From positions 32,001-96,000 of the forward strand of contig JBQLZK010000004.1 in the NCBI GenBank assembly GCA_052168235.1: a stretch of 64,000 nucleotides of DNA. The letters run 5' to 3'. Source of the stretch: Thainema sp. Lineage in GTDB: Bacteria > Cyanobacteriota > Cyanobacteriia > Phormidesmidales > Phormidesmidaceae. The number at the start of each line of letters is the position of its first letter. Position 1 is the first letter of the stretch. The notes beneath the pieces were generated by a model that worked only from the letters and a program-made list of their open reading frames with translations, did no database searches and was not told where the DNA came from. The position numbers and the translations under genes are program-made. Below, one piece after another: positions 7,787 to 18,940 of the stretch.

Positions 7787-8695
7787 CTAACTTTTATTCG
7801 AAGGATTCTGCGATCGCGGTAGATTGGTGCCGCAGCGCTTACAAAACAGCGCATCGTGGTCATGGAACGACAGGCCACAGGTGAGGCAGGTCAGCCGAAT
7901 TTGATCAACGGTTTTAATCACTCGCTTGATCAATTCGCCCAGTTGCCAGGGAATCAGCGCTACGCCAGTCAGGATCATCAGCACGGTCAGCCCTCGGCCT
8001 GCCGACGAAATGGGCGTCACATCGCCAAAGCCCACCGTGGTCATTGTTACAACTGAGAAGTAGAATGCATCAACGAAATTGGCAAATTGCTGGGGATTGA
8101 TGGGATGCTCTACCTGGTAGATCAGTCCTGAGTAGATGAAGGTGATGGAAAACAGCGTAAATACAATCCGAGCCAGAATAATGCCATCCTCAGTACGCAC
8201 CAATCCCAGCCAGGTTTGCTGATTGAGAAAGCGAACTAGCCGCAGCACCCGAAACCAGCGAAACAGCCGCAAAAAGCGGATGTCAACGAAGCCGAACAGA
8301 AACGGCACAATTGCCAGCAAATCCAAGATGGAATAGAGGCTAAACACGAATGCTCTTTTGTGCGGCGCGCACCAGAGCCGCAGACCATACTCCAGGATGA
8401 AAATGGCCAAGATGGCATCGTCTAGGAGGGCCAGCACAGTTTGCACCGTAGGCGGCAGGTCGTAGGTTTCCGCGACGAAAATGCTGGCCGATACCAGAAT
8501 TAAAACTGCGATCGCACCATTAAAGGCCGCTCCCGCTGGCGTTTGTACGTCGTCAAGATAGGCTGCAATTCGCTGACGCAGGGATTCATTTAAGCGAGGT
8601 TTGACGGCAGATGAACCAGAGGGTGGAGCAGAACGTTGCGATCCATCAGGATGATCGGGACTGTCTATAGAATCCATAGAAGTAAAATCTGCCAT
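7787..8695 (-). CDS. Voltage-gated potassium channel / ion transport protein
   Basis: S4 segment RFLRLFRWFRVLRLVR, pore TMTTVGFGD, C-terminal CxxC...CxxC. Confidence 0.93.
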   Translation of the reverse strand: MADFTSMDSIDSPDHPDGSQRSAPPSGSSAVKPRLNESLRQRIAAYLDDVQTPAGAAFNGAIAVLILVSASIFVAETYDLPPTVQTVLALLDDAILAIFILEYGLRLWCAPHKRAFVFSLYSILDLLAIVPFLFGFVDIRFLRLFRWFRVLRLVRFLNQQTWLGLVRTEDGIILARIVFTLFSITFIYSGLIYQVEHPINPQQFANFVDAFYFSVVTMTTVGFGDVTPISSAGRGLTVLMILTGVALIPWQLGELIKRVIKTVDQIRLTCLTCGLSFHDHDALFCKRCGTNLPRSQNPSNKS

Positions 8696-9591
8696 TAATA
8701 ATCTGCCGAACGACGTAGTTTTAACAGCTACCGCTTGTAACGTTATAGCGAGTACAGCGTCCAGTTTAGCGAGTGCAATGATCGGTCTGAATAGAATCTC
8801 TCAAATTACGCTGCGCCATTAGCTCGTCTCTACGAATACTGCACTAATACTGCCAGGCAAGGCTTTCGTACAAGTCAGAATCAGTCCATTCTCAAAATCC
8901 GCAGAAAATAAAATGCTTAATGTTTTTTTAGCTATTTTTGTGTTTTTTAATACAATTGCTTGATTGAAATCTGTAGGGTCGATCCCCGGTGAGTAAGGAC
9001 ATTGATTTTTTGAGAGAGAACGTAATTTTAAGATGATTTTTGGGCCAAAGATGTATGAAATCTCGATGAGAAAAACCAAAGAAAATATATTTTTTCTCCG
9101 AACTTAAACGCCTATCTGAGCAGCCAAGCTGTAACGGATGCAGTATTGTGGGTGTTTCGGGGATCATTCCTTGGTGGGCGATCCCCAGTTTTATATCTGG
9201 GGTATTATTGCAATCTAGAGATGCCCTTGACATAATGAGGAGAGTTTCTAGTTACTCAAGTTTTATAAACTCAAACGAGTTCAATTCTTCTTAACTGTTG
9301 TTTACTTTATTGACTGACTCGACGATCGCAATTCAGCACATAAACAGTTTGGTTTTATGTAACAACTATTTAACAATTGCCCCATTGTTGCGATCGCTAC
9401 CAGTTAGATCTCAGTTGAATTGCTGCCAATTTGTGGTTTGAAGGAGTAGCCCGTAGAGTTGCTTTGAGGCAAATGCTGATTGAAACCAGTCCTATTTGAC
9501 GACAAAGCTTAATCTCTATTTCACGTTTAGGCGTTTAAGCAGCAATCTTAAAACTTCAGTGGCTTGCACGATTAAAAAAGGCTTTTAGGTT

Positions 9592-9792
9592 ATGAAAATG
9601 ATTCAGCAGACGGATTTAGTCCAGATCATTCACTGCCCCAACTGTGGTAGTCGTGCTGAGCGGGAGCATATCAGTGAGCGCAATGTTGTCCAGACTGAGT
9701 GCCCCTCTTGTGACTATTTCATGGTGATCCATGCTGAGACGGCTCAAGTTGTGGAAGCTTACGCACCCGGTCTTCCAGCCATGTTCCGCTAG
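9592..9792 (+). CDS. Small cyanobacterial Zn-ribbon protein
   Basis: CPNCG...CPSCDY and a C-terminal VVEAYAPG motif. Confidence 0.8.
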   Translation: MKMIQQTDLVQIIHCPNCGSRAEREHISERNVVQTECPSCDYFMVIHAETAQVVEAYAPGLPAMFR

Positions 9793-9802
9793 TGTTGTTA
9801 CT

Positions 9803-9851
9803 CAAAACCTAGAGGGGGCTACCGCGTCGCGGTAGCCCCCTCTAGGTTTTG
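9803..9851. repeat. Perfect 24-bp inverted repeat between convergent genes (possible bidirectional terminator)
   Basis: CAAAACCTAGAGGGGGCTACCGCG-T-CGCGGTAGCCCCCTCTAGGTTTTG. Confidence 0.9.
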
Positions 9852-9859
9852 TACGAAGC

Positions 9860-11554
9860 TTAAGCCTGCTGCTGTTTGACCAGCAGGGGAGCGGCCTGGA
9901 GCAGCACTTGGGTATAGGGATGCTGGGGCTGGGTGAAAAGCTGCTGGGTGGGGCCAATTTCGACGATTTTGCCCTGGTTCATCACCGCAATGCGATCGCA
10001 CAAGAAGCGAGCCACCCACAGGTCATGAGTAATAAATAAGTAGGTCAAATCCAGTTCCCGCTTCAGTTCCAGCATTAGCTCCAGCACCTGAGCCTGGACG
10101 CTGGCATCGAGCATACTGACGGGTTCATCGCAGATTAGCAGCTTGGGACGAGTGATCAGGGCGCGTGCGATCGCAACTCGCTGCTGCTGGCCGCCAGAGA
10201 GGTCGCTGGGGAAATAATCGTAGTACCGCTCTGCCGGAGTGAGGCCGACGCGCTCCAGCATATCCAGCACCTGCTGACGGGCTTTTGAGGAGTCGGCTAA
10301 ACCGTGAATCAGCAGCGGATCGGCAATGCTCTGGCCGACGGTCATGGTCGGATTGAGGCAGGCGTGGGGGTCTTGAAACACCATCTGCATGTGGCGGCGC
10401 TGTTTGCGTACCTGCGACTTGGGCAAATGGGTTAGATCTTCGCCCAGAAACTCGACGCTGCCTCCGGTCGGTTCAATCAGCCGTAAAATCGTGCGGGACA
10501 GGGTAGATTTGCCGCAGCCGGATTCGCCCACCAGTCCCAAAATTTCGCCAGCATACAGCTCCAGCGTCACGCCATCTACGGCTGGAATGGTTTGATTCGG
10601 CTGCTTAGAGAAAATGCGGGCCAGGACGTTGGGTTCAATTACATAATGCTTTTGCAAGTCGCTCAGCTTGAGCAGCGGTGCCTTATCTGGAACCGAATCC
10701 AGTGGCGTCTGGCGATTTTCGGCGGAGGTTTGCAGATGAAACGCTGCATTGAGCAGAGATTTCGTGTACTCATGCTGCGGATTGGCCAGAATGTCGGCTG
10801 TATTGTGCAGTTCCACCAGTTCGCCCTTGTACATGACCGCAATGCGATCGCAATATTCCCCCACCAGCGCCAGATCGTGGGAAATCAGCATCAGCGCCAT
10901 GCCCCGCTCTTCGCACAGGCGGGTCAGCTCTTGCAGAATTTGGGCGGAAACCGTGACATCCAAACTAGTCGTCGGCTCATCGGCCACGATCAGCTTGGGG
11001 TTGAGCAACAGCGCGAGTGCGATCGCAACTCGCTGCCGCATACCGCCACTGAATTCGTGGGGATACTGGTTCCAGCGATCTGCCGGAATATTGACCGCTG
11101 CCAGGGTGGAAATGGCGACTTCTTTGGCTTGCGATCGCGACAGTTTCGGCTGGTGAGCGCGCAGGGTTTCAATACAGTGCTCACCAATCGTCATCAGCGG
11201 ATCGAGCCGGGTCATCGGGTCTTGAAAGACCAGCGCCACGGCTTCACCACGAAAGTGGCGCAGTTCGGCCTCGTTTAAATCCAGGACTGACTTCCCCTCG
11301 AAGGTGACGCGACCTTCAACTTGGCTGGACGGCGGCAGCAGGCGCATGACGGCGCGACCCAGCGTGGACTTGCCGCAGCCGGATTCGCCCACTAAGCCCA
11401 GCTTCTCGCCCGGACGCAGCCTAAACGAGACATCGTCAACCGCCCATTCAATCGCTGCATCAGCCGCATCGCTGGTGCGACTGCCCGCACGGCTGGGGTA
11501 GGCGACCCGCAAATGCTCAATACAGAATAGGTCGTCGCTCATCGGCTTATCCAT
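9860..11554 (-). CDS. Dipeptide/oligopeptide ABC transporter ATP-binding protein (fused double ATPase)
   Basis: Two GESGCGKST Walker A motifs, FSGGMRQR and LSGGQQQR signatures, PQHPYT. Confidence 0.95.
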   Translation of the reverse strand: MDKPMSDDLFCIEHLRVAYPSRAGSRTSDAADAAIEWAVDDVSFRLRPGEKLGLVGESGCGKSTLGRAVMRLLPPSSQVEGRVTFEGKSVLDLNEAELRHFRGEAVALVFQDPMTRLDPLMTIGEHCIETLRAHQPKLSRSQAKEVAISTLAAVNIPADRWNQYPHEFSGGMRQRVAIALALLLNPKLIVADEPTTSLDVTVSAQILQELTRLCEERGMALMLISHDLALVGEYCDRIAVMYKGELVELHNTADILANPQHEYTKSLLNAAFHLQTSAENRQTPLDSVPDKAPLLKLSDLQKHYVIEPNVLARIFSKQPNQTIPAVDGVTLELYAGEILGLVGESGCGKSTLSRTILRLIEPTGGSVEFLGEDLTHLPKSQVRKQRRHMQMVFQDPHACLNPTMTVGQSIADPLLIHGLADSSKARQQVLDMLERVGLTPAERYYDYFPSDLSGGQQQRVAIARALITRPKLLICDEPVSMLDASVQAQVLELMLELKRELDLTYLFITHDLWVARFLCDRIAVMNQGKIVEIGPTQQLFTQPQHPYTQVLLQAAPLLVKQQQA

Positions 11555-11583
11555 TGGTTTTCTGCTGATCTGCGCTAGTCAAA

Positions 11584-12153
11584 TTAGTCTGAGTCGAAGC
11601 GGCGCATGAGATAGGCCACGCCAAAATCCCCATTGGGATGCTTTTCCAGCAGTTCAGCCAGTTCAAATACCTTGGCGGCCAAGTCGTCACCCAGTTTATC
11701 AATCGTGGCCTGTCGTTCACGGTGGCTGTAGGTCAGCTCCTTGACCCGCTCTTGCCAAGTATTGGAAAACAGCTTTTCAATCGAGGTATGCAGTCCCAAG
11801 GCTTCCAGCACCTCCCACTCGCCGCGATCACACCAGATACCGCCGCAGGCCATACAGCGCTCGACATAGAACGGATTTTTTAAGCTTACTTTCGCCCGAG
11901 ACAGATAGCGGCTGCAGTCGGGACAGAGAGCTGCACGGGTATCTTGGGGCGGCTGTTTGAACTCAACTTCCAGAATTTTGGGCAGCAGGGCTTCAGCAGA
12001 CGTATCGATGGGTGCTTGCTTAGCCTGCCAGCTTTGATACTGTTCGGCAGGAATCCAGGTGCCTTTGCAGTCTGGACAACACATCACCGATAGGTCACCC
12101 GCGATCGTTTGGGATTCGAGGGTGACGTTTTTATCTTTGGGACACTGTACCAA
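11584..12153 (-). CDS. zf-TFIIB domain protein
   Basis: Two Zn-ribbon units (CPDCKGTW; CPDC...CMACGGIWCDRGE). Confidence 0.85.
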   Translation of the reverse strand: MVQCPKDKNVTLESQTIAGDLSVMCCPDCKGTWIPAEQYQSWQAKQAPIDTSAEALLPKILEVEFKQPPQDTRAALCPDCSRYLSRAKVSLKNPFYVERCMACGGIWCDRGEWEVLEALGLHTSIEKLFSNTWQERVKELTYSHRERQATIDKLGDDLAAKVFELAELLEKHPNGDFGVAYLMRRFDSD

Positions 12154-12434
12154 TCGTGCGTTCTCCCTTCATTTGCGCTCAATATGCTCAGACTGCCACC
12201 AGGTTGTCTGGATTCTTGTACTGGTTGACACCGATTTGATTGTTCTTGATCTGTTCTATTAAACCATTGGATAGCCGTATATTCGGTATCTGATCATGAC
12301 TGATGATCATGGATCGATTCAATGAACCTGGCGGCAACTGCGACATGGCCTAAGTGGGTCATGCCGTTGCGATCGCAGATCCAGTAGCCTGGGATTAATT
12401 TAAATTAATTCCCCCGTAATCCCCCCTGTGAATT

Positions 12435-13718
12435 ATGACGCAACTCGACACCTGGCGTAATTTGGCGGCTGGCACCCTCGATTCTCTGATTCGCCGCATT
12501 AATAGTTCAACCTTTACGGTCGAAGATGGCCTGGTTGATAACCTGCTGCGTATTCTAGCTGGGCAGCCGCCCCGTCCGTTGAATCGTGACCCATACGTGG
12601 GCCTGTTCGGCGCTGGGTCAGTGGCTAATCTCCGCAGCCGCGCCGCCAGTGGAGTGCGCGTTTATCTAGAGCAGCTCGATGCGCTAAATTTGGTCAAGGC
12701 TGATGAGGAAGCAGATCGGCTGATTCGGGAACTGAGGAATTTTCCCACTGAGCGTCCTACGGGCGTACTGCCCTATGAATCCCTGTTTGGCTATACCGAT
12801 ACCAACATCAGCGAGTCCCAAATTGAGCTGTGGCGACGCCAGGCCGCTAATCGCCTCCAGTCGCTGATTGCCGATATTGCCAGTTCGACTCCGGTGGAAA
12901 CCGATTTCTTGGCCGATTCGCTGCTGCGCGCCTTGAGTAGCCAACCCGCCCGGCCGGCTGATCGCGATCCGTATCGGGGACTAATTTTGCTGCCCGAAAG
13001 CACGCCGTTTCGGGAATATCGTCTACGAGCCGCAGATGCATTGAAAATCTACATCGATAGCATTGATGAACCTAAACTCGGTTCCAAGGATGCGGTAATT
13101 GACGATGTGATTCGCAAAGTAACGCCCAATCCACTGCCCAGTCGTCCGATTAACCGTCTCCCCTACGAAGGTTTATTTCCCACCGCGACAGGCATTACCG
13201 CTGCTCAACTGCGGCAGATTGCGCCCGAGGCACCCGCCGATGTCGAGAAGTTCATCTCGCCGATTAACGTCACAATTGCAGAGTTTGATATCAATACTCC
13301 CCTCCGTCAGGCGCATTTTTTAGCTCAGATTGCCCACGAATCCGGAGGTTTTCGCTTTGTGGAAGAACTGGCTAGCGGCGATCAGTATGAAGGACGGCTC
13401 GACTTGGGCAATACGCAACCGGGTGATGGTCGCCGCTTCAAAGGCCGGGGGCTAATCCAAATTACCGGACGCAGCAACTACACCGCCTGTAGCTTAGGGT
13501 TAGGCTTAAACAATGCGCTGATCAATCAGCCGGACTTGCTGGAGCGCAGTGATTTGGCGGCTCGCAGCGCAGGCTGGTACTGGAATTCTCGCGGTATCAA
13601 TCGCTTCGCCGATCGCGATGATCTCAATGCCGTTACCCGTGCCATCAATGGTGGGTTGACCAACATTGAGGATCGGGCGCTGCGATTGAGTCGGGCAAAG
13701 CGATTGCTCGGAATCTAG
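12435..13718 (+). CDS. Glycoside hydrolase family 19 (chitinase/endolysin-like) with N-terminal repeat domain
   Basis: AHFLAQIAHESGG, FKGRGLIQITGRSNY, SAGWYW, VTRAINGG. Confidence 0.9.
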   Translation: MTQLDTWRNLAAGTLDSLIRRINSSTFTVEDGLVDNLLRILAGQPPRPLNRDPYVGLFGAGSVANLRSRAASGVRVYLEQLDALNLVKADEEADRLIRELRNFPTERPTGVLPYESLFGYTDTNISESQIELWRRQAANRLQSLIADIASSTPVETDFLADSLLRALSSQPARPADRDPYRGLILLPESTPFREYRLRAADALKIYIDSIDEPKLGSKDAVIDDVIRKVTPNPLPSRPINRLPYEGLFPTATGITAAQLRQIAPEAPADVEKFISPINVTIAEFDINTPLRQAHFLAQIAHESGGFRFVEELASGDQYEGRLDLGNTQPGDGRRFKGRGLIQITGRSNYTACSLGLGLNNALINQPDLLERSDLAARSAGWYWNSRGINRFADRDDLNAVTRAINGGLTNIEDRALRLSRAKRLLGI

Positions 13719-13782
13719 GCGTCTATTTTTTGGACAGAATCGGGAATACTGCCAGAGTAAGGTATCGCTCACTCCCACCCCT

Positions 13783-15666
13783 ATGCCAAATTCTGAGTCT
13801 CAGTCCTCTAGGCAATCTGCGATCGCACAACAGTGGGTGCAATCGCCCCTTCAATTGGCAGTTTCTCTGGAGCAAAAAGGTAGCCTCCGCACCAAGATCA
13901 TGCGTGGCTACGTATTGGCATTGGGCATTGCAGTGTTCGGTACCACAACCGGATTAATCATCGGCAATCAGCTCCAGCAGCGAGCACTGGCGGCCCGGAA
14001 TGCCGCTGCTCGCGAGCGCCAACTGGTCAATCAGCTCCAGGTTGATATTCTCTATAACCGTCCGGCCAAGCAGCTTTCTCCTTACTTGCAGGAGCCACAG
14101 CGCTTTCGGCAAGAGAGCCGCGCCATGATCGAGCGAATTGATGGGATTCAGCAACTGCTGCGGCAGCAAAATCAGTCAGAGGAGCCGCTACAGCTTCCAG
14201 GTTTACAGTCGCTCCTCACCGAATACGAGCAGAGCGTTCAGGTCTTTTCCGGCAAACTGGAGACTGCGATCGCACAATTATTACCGATGACGGCTGATCC
14301 AGCCCAGCGAGTTCAGGCTGAGCAGACGCTGCTGAATTTGGTCAGAAGTCCAGAGTTTGTGGCCTTCATTGAGTTTCCCGACCAGCTCGTCGAGTACAAC
14401 AACCGCGCCACCACGCTAGAGCGAGCCGCCGAAACAAACCTGCTGCGAGCTGAAACGCTGCGCATGCAGATTATTATCCTGAGCTTAGTGATGTCGAGTG
14501 CGATCGCATTTGTACTGGCTTTGCGTACCAGTCGAATTATCACGCAGCCACTGCAGCAGGTGACGAGCGTGGCCCAACAGGCCGCCAAAGAGTCCAATTT
14601 TGATCTGCGGGCCGATGTTTACACCCAAGACGAAGTGGAAACCCTGGCGCAGTCTCTGAATCAGCTAATCGAGCGGGTCAAAGTCTTACTGGCCGAACAG
14701 AGGGCGGCAGAAGCGCAACTAGTACATAGCGAGAAAATGTCCAGCTTGGGGCAACTGGTGGGAGGCGTTGCCCATGAGGTGAATAATCCAGTCAACTTTA
14801 TTCACGGCAACCTCAACCATGCTGGAGCCTACGCTGCCGATTTGCTCGACATCATTGAGCTTTATCAACAGCATTACCCTCAACCCGCAGATGCGATCGC
14901 AGAAAAACTGGCCGATGTTGACTTTGAGTTCATCCGCAGTGATTTACCCAAGCTGTTCACCTCCATGCAGGTTGGCACCGATCGCATTCGTAAGATCATC
15001 GCGTCCCTTCGCACCTTTGCCCGTTTGGATGAAGCTGAACGGAAAACTGTCGATATTCACGAAGGGATTGACAGCACGCTGATGATTTTGCGTAATCGCC
15101 TGAAAGTCCATCAGCCACCGATTCAAGTCGAAAAACACTACGGTTCACTGCCGCTAGTCGAGTGCTTCCCCAGTCAGCTCAATCAGGTGTTTATGAATAT
15201 CTTGATGAATGCCGTTGATGCACTGGAAAGTTGCGATCGCACTCCCTTGACTGACTATTACGATCAGCAAGCGAATACCATCACAATTTCCACCTCTATT
15301 TGCAGTGCAAACGGTCGTTCCTCTGATGAGAAATTCGCGCCCAACCCTGAGGTCAGTCAGTTCGCTACTCTCCCGATCGAGCAAGCCTGGGTTGAAATTC
15401 AGATTTCGGATACTGGCTCTGGTATTCCAGCCAATATCCGAACCAAATTATTTGATCCGTTCTTTACGACGAAACCAGTCGGCAAAGGCACAGGACTCGG
15501 CCTCTCCATCAGCCACCAAATCATTGTTGATATGCATCGCGGCCAGCTCGACTGCGAGTCCACACCAGGTCGAGGTGCAGCATTTATCATCCGCATCCCC
15601 GTCCGCCAACCGAAGATGTCACCCAGTGCGATCTCCGCATCGGCCCCCCAACCCACAGCCGTTTAA
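13783..15666 (+). CDS. HAMP-domain sensor histidine kinase
   Basis: Two TM helices, HAMP, H-box GVAHEVNNP, NQVFMNILMNA, DTGSGI, GKGTGLGL. Confidence 0.95.
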   Translation: MPNSESQSSRQSAIAQQWVQSPLQLAVSLEQKGSLRTKIMRGYVLALGIAVFGTTTGLIIGNQLQQRALAARNAAARERQLVNQLQVDILYNRPAKQLSPYLQEPQRFRQESRAMIERIDGIQQLLRQQNQSEEPLQLPGLQSLLTEYEQSVQVFSGKLETAIAQLLPMTADPAQRVQAEQTLLNLVRSPEFVAFIEFPDQLVEYNNRATTLERAAETNLLRAETLRMQIIILSLVMSSAIAFVLALRTSRIITQPLQQVTSVAQQAAKESNFDLRADVYTQDEVETLAQSLNQLIERVKVLLAEQRAAEAQLVHSEKMSSLGQLVGGVAHEVNNPVNFIHGNLNHAGAYAADLLDIIELYQQHYPQPADAIAEKLADVDFEFIRSDLPKLFTSMQVGTDRIRKIIASLRTFARLDEAERKTVDIHEGIDSTLMILRNRLKVHQPPIQVEKHYGSLPLVECFPSQLNQVFMNILMNAVDALESCDRTPLTDYYDQQANTITISTSICSANGRSSDEKFAPNPEVSQFATLPIEQAWVEIQISDTGSGIPANIRTKLFDPFFTTKPVGKGTGLGLSISHQIIVDMHRGQLDCESTPGRGAAFIIRIPVRQPKMSPSAISASAPQPTAV

Positions 15667-15714
15667 TCCCTCACCTCACTGCTCCAGACCGCTACCGATT
15701 CCGAGTAGCTCGAA

Positions 15715-16092
15715 TTACGGATGCTGCTTACGGTAGCTCAACAACCAATTGGCCATCGTTGCCCGACGCGTCAAGCGAGGAATCAATTGATCAACTGAAT
15801 AGCCCTTAAAGCCCAACTCTTCTTTCAACAACTGCTTATTGGTCTTTGGAATTGAGCGGGTCAGTTGCACTGTCGCCGGACGGCTTTCGATAAAATTGGG
15901 CGGTTCAGGATACTTCTCGCGCCAGGTTTCCTCAACTTGAGTGATGTCCCACTGCTGGGTCGATTCGTCATAGCGATAGCCCAAATAGTGCCACACCAGT
16001 TGATTCACCGTGGCATCATCTAATTCTTCGTTGAGGATCGCCCAGATGGTTTCAGTCGTGAGTGGCGGTAGATCTGACATATCAATTAGCAA
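15715..16092 (-). CDS. DUF1823 family protein
   Basis: VNQLVWHYLGYR, SRPATVQLTRSIP, KQLLKEELGFKGY, TRRATMANWLL. Confidence 0.85.
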   Translation of the reverse strand: MLIDMSDLPPLTTETIWAILNEELDDATVNQLVWHYLGYRYDESTQQWDITQVEETWREKYPEPPNFIESRPATVQLTRSIPKTNKQLLKEELGFKGYSVDQLIPRLTRRATMANWLLSYRKQHP

Positions 16093-16122
16093 TTAGAAAT
16101 TTCAGAAATTATCAATCAGCAA

Positions 16123-16755
16123 CTAATCCTGTGTTTTAACGAAACCAAATCGATCAAACGGCCAGAAGCGGAAGAAGGCGCGGCCAATGATGTTCTGGCG
16201 CGGCAAGAAGCCCCAAACGTGGGAGTCGTTGCTGTTATTGCGATTGTCGCCCATGACAAAGTATTGGTCATTGGGCACAAGTGCTGGCCCCCATTCATAG
16301 TTGGGTGGCTGAAGAATATAGGGTTCTCTCAGTTGTTGCCCATCTGCGTAAACCTGACCGTTATGCACCTCAATCTGCTGTCCCGGCTGACCAATCACCC
16401 GCTTGATAAAGGCTTGATCCGGTAAATAGCCCCGCTCCTGTAGCGCTTGCGGTGGCTCAAAAACAATGATATCGCCCGGTTCTGGCTGATGGAATCGATA
16501 AGATACCTTTTCAACCACTAACCGATCGCCAATTTTCAGCGTCGGCAGCATGGAATCAGACGGGATAAATCGCGGTTCTGCCACAAACAACCGAATCAGC
16601 AGCGCTAAGCCAAGTGCGATCGCAAGTAGCCGCACGTTTTCGCCCTGACTCTGCCACAGTTTTTGTAACCAGGACAATGATGGCTCAGCATCCTGGGTTG
16701 CCGGCGTTGGAGAGTTGGTTGAGGAAGTCGGCTGGTCTTTTTCGTCAACGGTCAT
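16123..16755 (-). CDS. lepB: Signal peptidase I
   Basis: IPSDSMLPTL, FIKRVIG, MGDNRNNSNDSH. Confidence 0.96.
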   Translation of the reverse strand: MTVDEKDQPTSSTNSPTPATQDAEPSLSWLQKLWQSQGENVRLLAIALGLALLIRLFVAEPRFIPSDSMLPTLKIGDRLVVEKVSYRFHQPEPGDIIVFEPPQALQERGYLPDQAFIKRVIGQPGQQIEVHNGQVYADGQQLREPYILQPPNYEWGPALVPNDQYFVMGDNRNNSNDSHVWGFLPRQNIIGRAFFRFWPFDRFGFVKTQD

Positions 16756-17057
16756 TGGCGTTCTGCGCTGTTGTCAATAGTTATCAATATAAATATCGCG
16801 GTGGGGGTTTCAGCTCATGATTGTGGGGGTGCAGTCCGCATATTCGTGAGCGTTTGAAAACAACCATCATCGCTTATGGGATTGTAACGCGGCAGGGTTC
16901 GACCCGAAGAAATCGGCAATTGAACTTGATTGCACTCTATAAAACTCGATAAATTTAGGCCAGATTTTGGACTGGATTTGGCTAGGGCTTTGATCCGGAT
17001 CAACGTTTAACTGTACGATGCAATTCGTACCGTTGTATGACCCATTGAGAATTGTCT

Positions 17058-17783
17058 GTGCGTAAGATTGTCATTGCCGGAAACTGGAAAATGTTCAAAA
17101 CCCAAGTAGAAACCCAGGAGTTTCTGCAAGGGTTTATGCCGTTGCTCTCCGAAACCCCGGAAGAGCGGGAAGTCGTCCTCTGTGCGCCTTTTACCGATTT
17201 GGGTACGCTGTCGCGCAACCTCCACGGCAGCCGGATTAAAGTCGGAGCGCAAAACGTTCACTGGGAGGAGACCGGCGCATTTACGGGTGAAGTTTCGGCT
17301 CCCATGCTGACAGAAATAGGTGTGCGGTATGTCGTGATCGGCCACAGCGAACGTCGCCAATATTTTGGAGAAACAGACGAAACGGTCAATTTACGTCTCA
17401 AAGCAGCTCAAAGTCACGGTCTGACCCCAATTCTCTGCGTCGGCGAATCAAAAGCGCAGCGGGATGCAGGCGAGACAGAAAAAATTATTAGCCAGCAGCT
17501 CGAAAAAGATCTAGTGGATGTTGATCAGGCTAATTTGGTGATTGCCTATGAACCAATTTGGGCCATCGGTACAGGTGACACCTGCGAATCTGGTGAAGCG
17601 AACCGAGTAATTGGCCTCATTCGCAGCCAGTTAACCAATAAAGACGTCTCCATTCAGTACGGGGGGTCGGTAAAACCTGGCAATGTAGATGAAATCATGG
17701 CCCAGCCTGAAATTGACGGTGCCCTAGTCGGCGGTGCGAGTTTAGAGCCAGAAAGCTTTGCTCGAATTGTAAATCACCAATAG
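17058..17783 (+). CDS. tpiA: Triosephosphate isomerase
   Basis: [34 protein letters not shown] start at 17058 assumed. Confidence 0.98.
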   Translation: MRKIVIAGNWKMFKTQVETQEFLQGFMPLLSETPEEREVVLCAPFTDLGTLSRNLHGSRIKVGAQNVHWEETGAFTGEVSAPMLTEIGVRYVVIGHSERRQYFGETDETVNLRLKAAQSHGLTPILCVGESKAQRDAGETEKIISQQLEKDLVDVDQANLVIAYEPIWAIGTGDTCESGEANRVIGLIRSQLTNKDVSIQYGGSVKPGNVDEIMAQPEIDGALVGGASLEPESFARIVNHQ

Positions 17784-17859
17784 ATTGGGCTAAATCCACA
17801 ATGAGCAGTACTGTTGGGTGGGCAATGCCCACCCTGCTTTTAGGAATGTTTGAAATTCT

Positions 17860-18786
17860 TTAGCTTTGCCGCACAACTTCGGCCAGTGCGGGTTTAATCG
17901 TTGCGTACTGATAGTCAAAATCGGTTGCCAACGTCCGCTTGGGCAAAACCTGCTGCCCTTCCAAAACAACCTTTGCGCCATCTCCCAGCAGCAGTTCCAG
18001 CGCGATGCCAGGGACGGGTAGCCAGGATGGACGATTCATCACTTCGCCGAGGGCATGGCTGAGTTCACTCATCCGCACTGGATGAGGAGCAGTGGCGTTG
18101 TACGTACCCTGCATTGAGCTATCGAGCAGCGCTTTCAGGATCAGGTTAACGAGATCCTCACGGTGAATCCAGGAAAACCATTGCTTGCCCGAACCAATGG
18201 GGCCACCGGCAAACATGCGAAACGGCGTCAGCATTTTTGCGATCGCACCTCCGTTACCGAGCACAATCCCAAAGCGCAAGATCACCAGTCGCGTTCCGGT
18301 TGCTTTGACCTGCTGTGCTGCCGCTTCCCACTTTTGACAAACCGTGGCCAAAAAGTCATCACCGGAGGCACTGGTTTCGTCAAACGTGGCGGTTTCGCTG
18401 GTGCCGTAATAGCCAATGGCAGAGGCATTGACCAGCACCGCAGGCTTGGAATCGGCCTTGGCGATCGCATCCACCAAATTCTGGGTCACGTTTTCGCGAC
18501 TGGTGAGAATTTTCTGTTTGACTGGCTCTGTCCAGCGGGTTTCGGCAATGGGATAGCCTGCCAAGTTGACAACTCCATCGCAACCTGCGATCGCATTTTG
18601 CCACTCACCGGACTGGTTCGGCTGATATTCGACAATTTCCACGGCTGGAAATGCCTGTGAGGGAAACACCTTCTGACCATGACTATGGCTACGGGTCAGC
18701 ACCACGATCTGATGTCCCTCCGCCTGGAGCTTTTCGACTAAGCGACTGCCTACAAAACCTGTCGCACCCGCGATCGCAACTTTCAT
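17860..18786 (-). CDS. TIGR01777 family NAD-dependent epimerase/oxidoreductase (ThyD-like)
   Basis: MKVAIAGATGFVG, VVNLAG, ASAIGYYG, GSGKQWFSWIH; ATG 18786. Confidence 0.92.
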   Translation of the reverse strand: MKVAIAGATGFVGSRLVEKLQAEGHQIVVLTRSHSHGQKVFPSQAFPAVEIVEYQPNQSGEWQNAIAGCDGVVNLAGYPIAETRWTEPVKQKILTSRENVTQNLVDAIAKADSKPAVLVNASAIGYYGTSETATFDETSASGDDFLATVCQKWEAAAQQVKATGTRLVILRFGIVLGNGGAIAKMLTPFRMFAGGPIGSGKQWFSWIHREDLVNLILKALLDSSMQGTYNATAPHPVRMSELSHALGEVMNRPSWLPVPGIALELLLGDGAKVVLEGQQVLPKRTLATDFDYQYATIKPALAEVVRQS

Positions 18787-18940
18787 CGTTCTACCAATTT
18801 GCTTACTAACGTTTTTTTCGGCACTGCCTATCGGGCATGAATTGGGATGTAGAAATACCCCCACATCCCAATTCATACTTGAAATCAGCAAGTCCGATTT
18901 TGCTTATGTCTAGCTGTCTACCTATATATCTACAAGGTTT

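Noticed and set aside
9592..9792. PriA helicase (a label often given to this small family)
   Set aside because: Only a 66-aa Zn ribbon with no helicase motifs.
10592..11278. Long antisense ORFs (here and within ppk1, htpG, tex and the 58362-62381 gene)
   Set aside because: They are shadow frames of well-supported genes on the opposite strand and have no recognisable motifs.
12435..13718. Prophage lysis module
   Set aside because: No holin, structural, terminase or integrase genes nearby, and the flanks are ordinary chromosomal genes.
16880..16920. tRNA-like GGTTCGACCC motif
   Set aside because: No acceptor stem, D-arm or anticodon arm can be folded around it.
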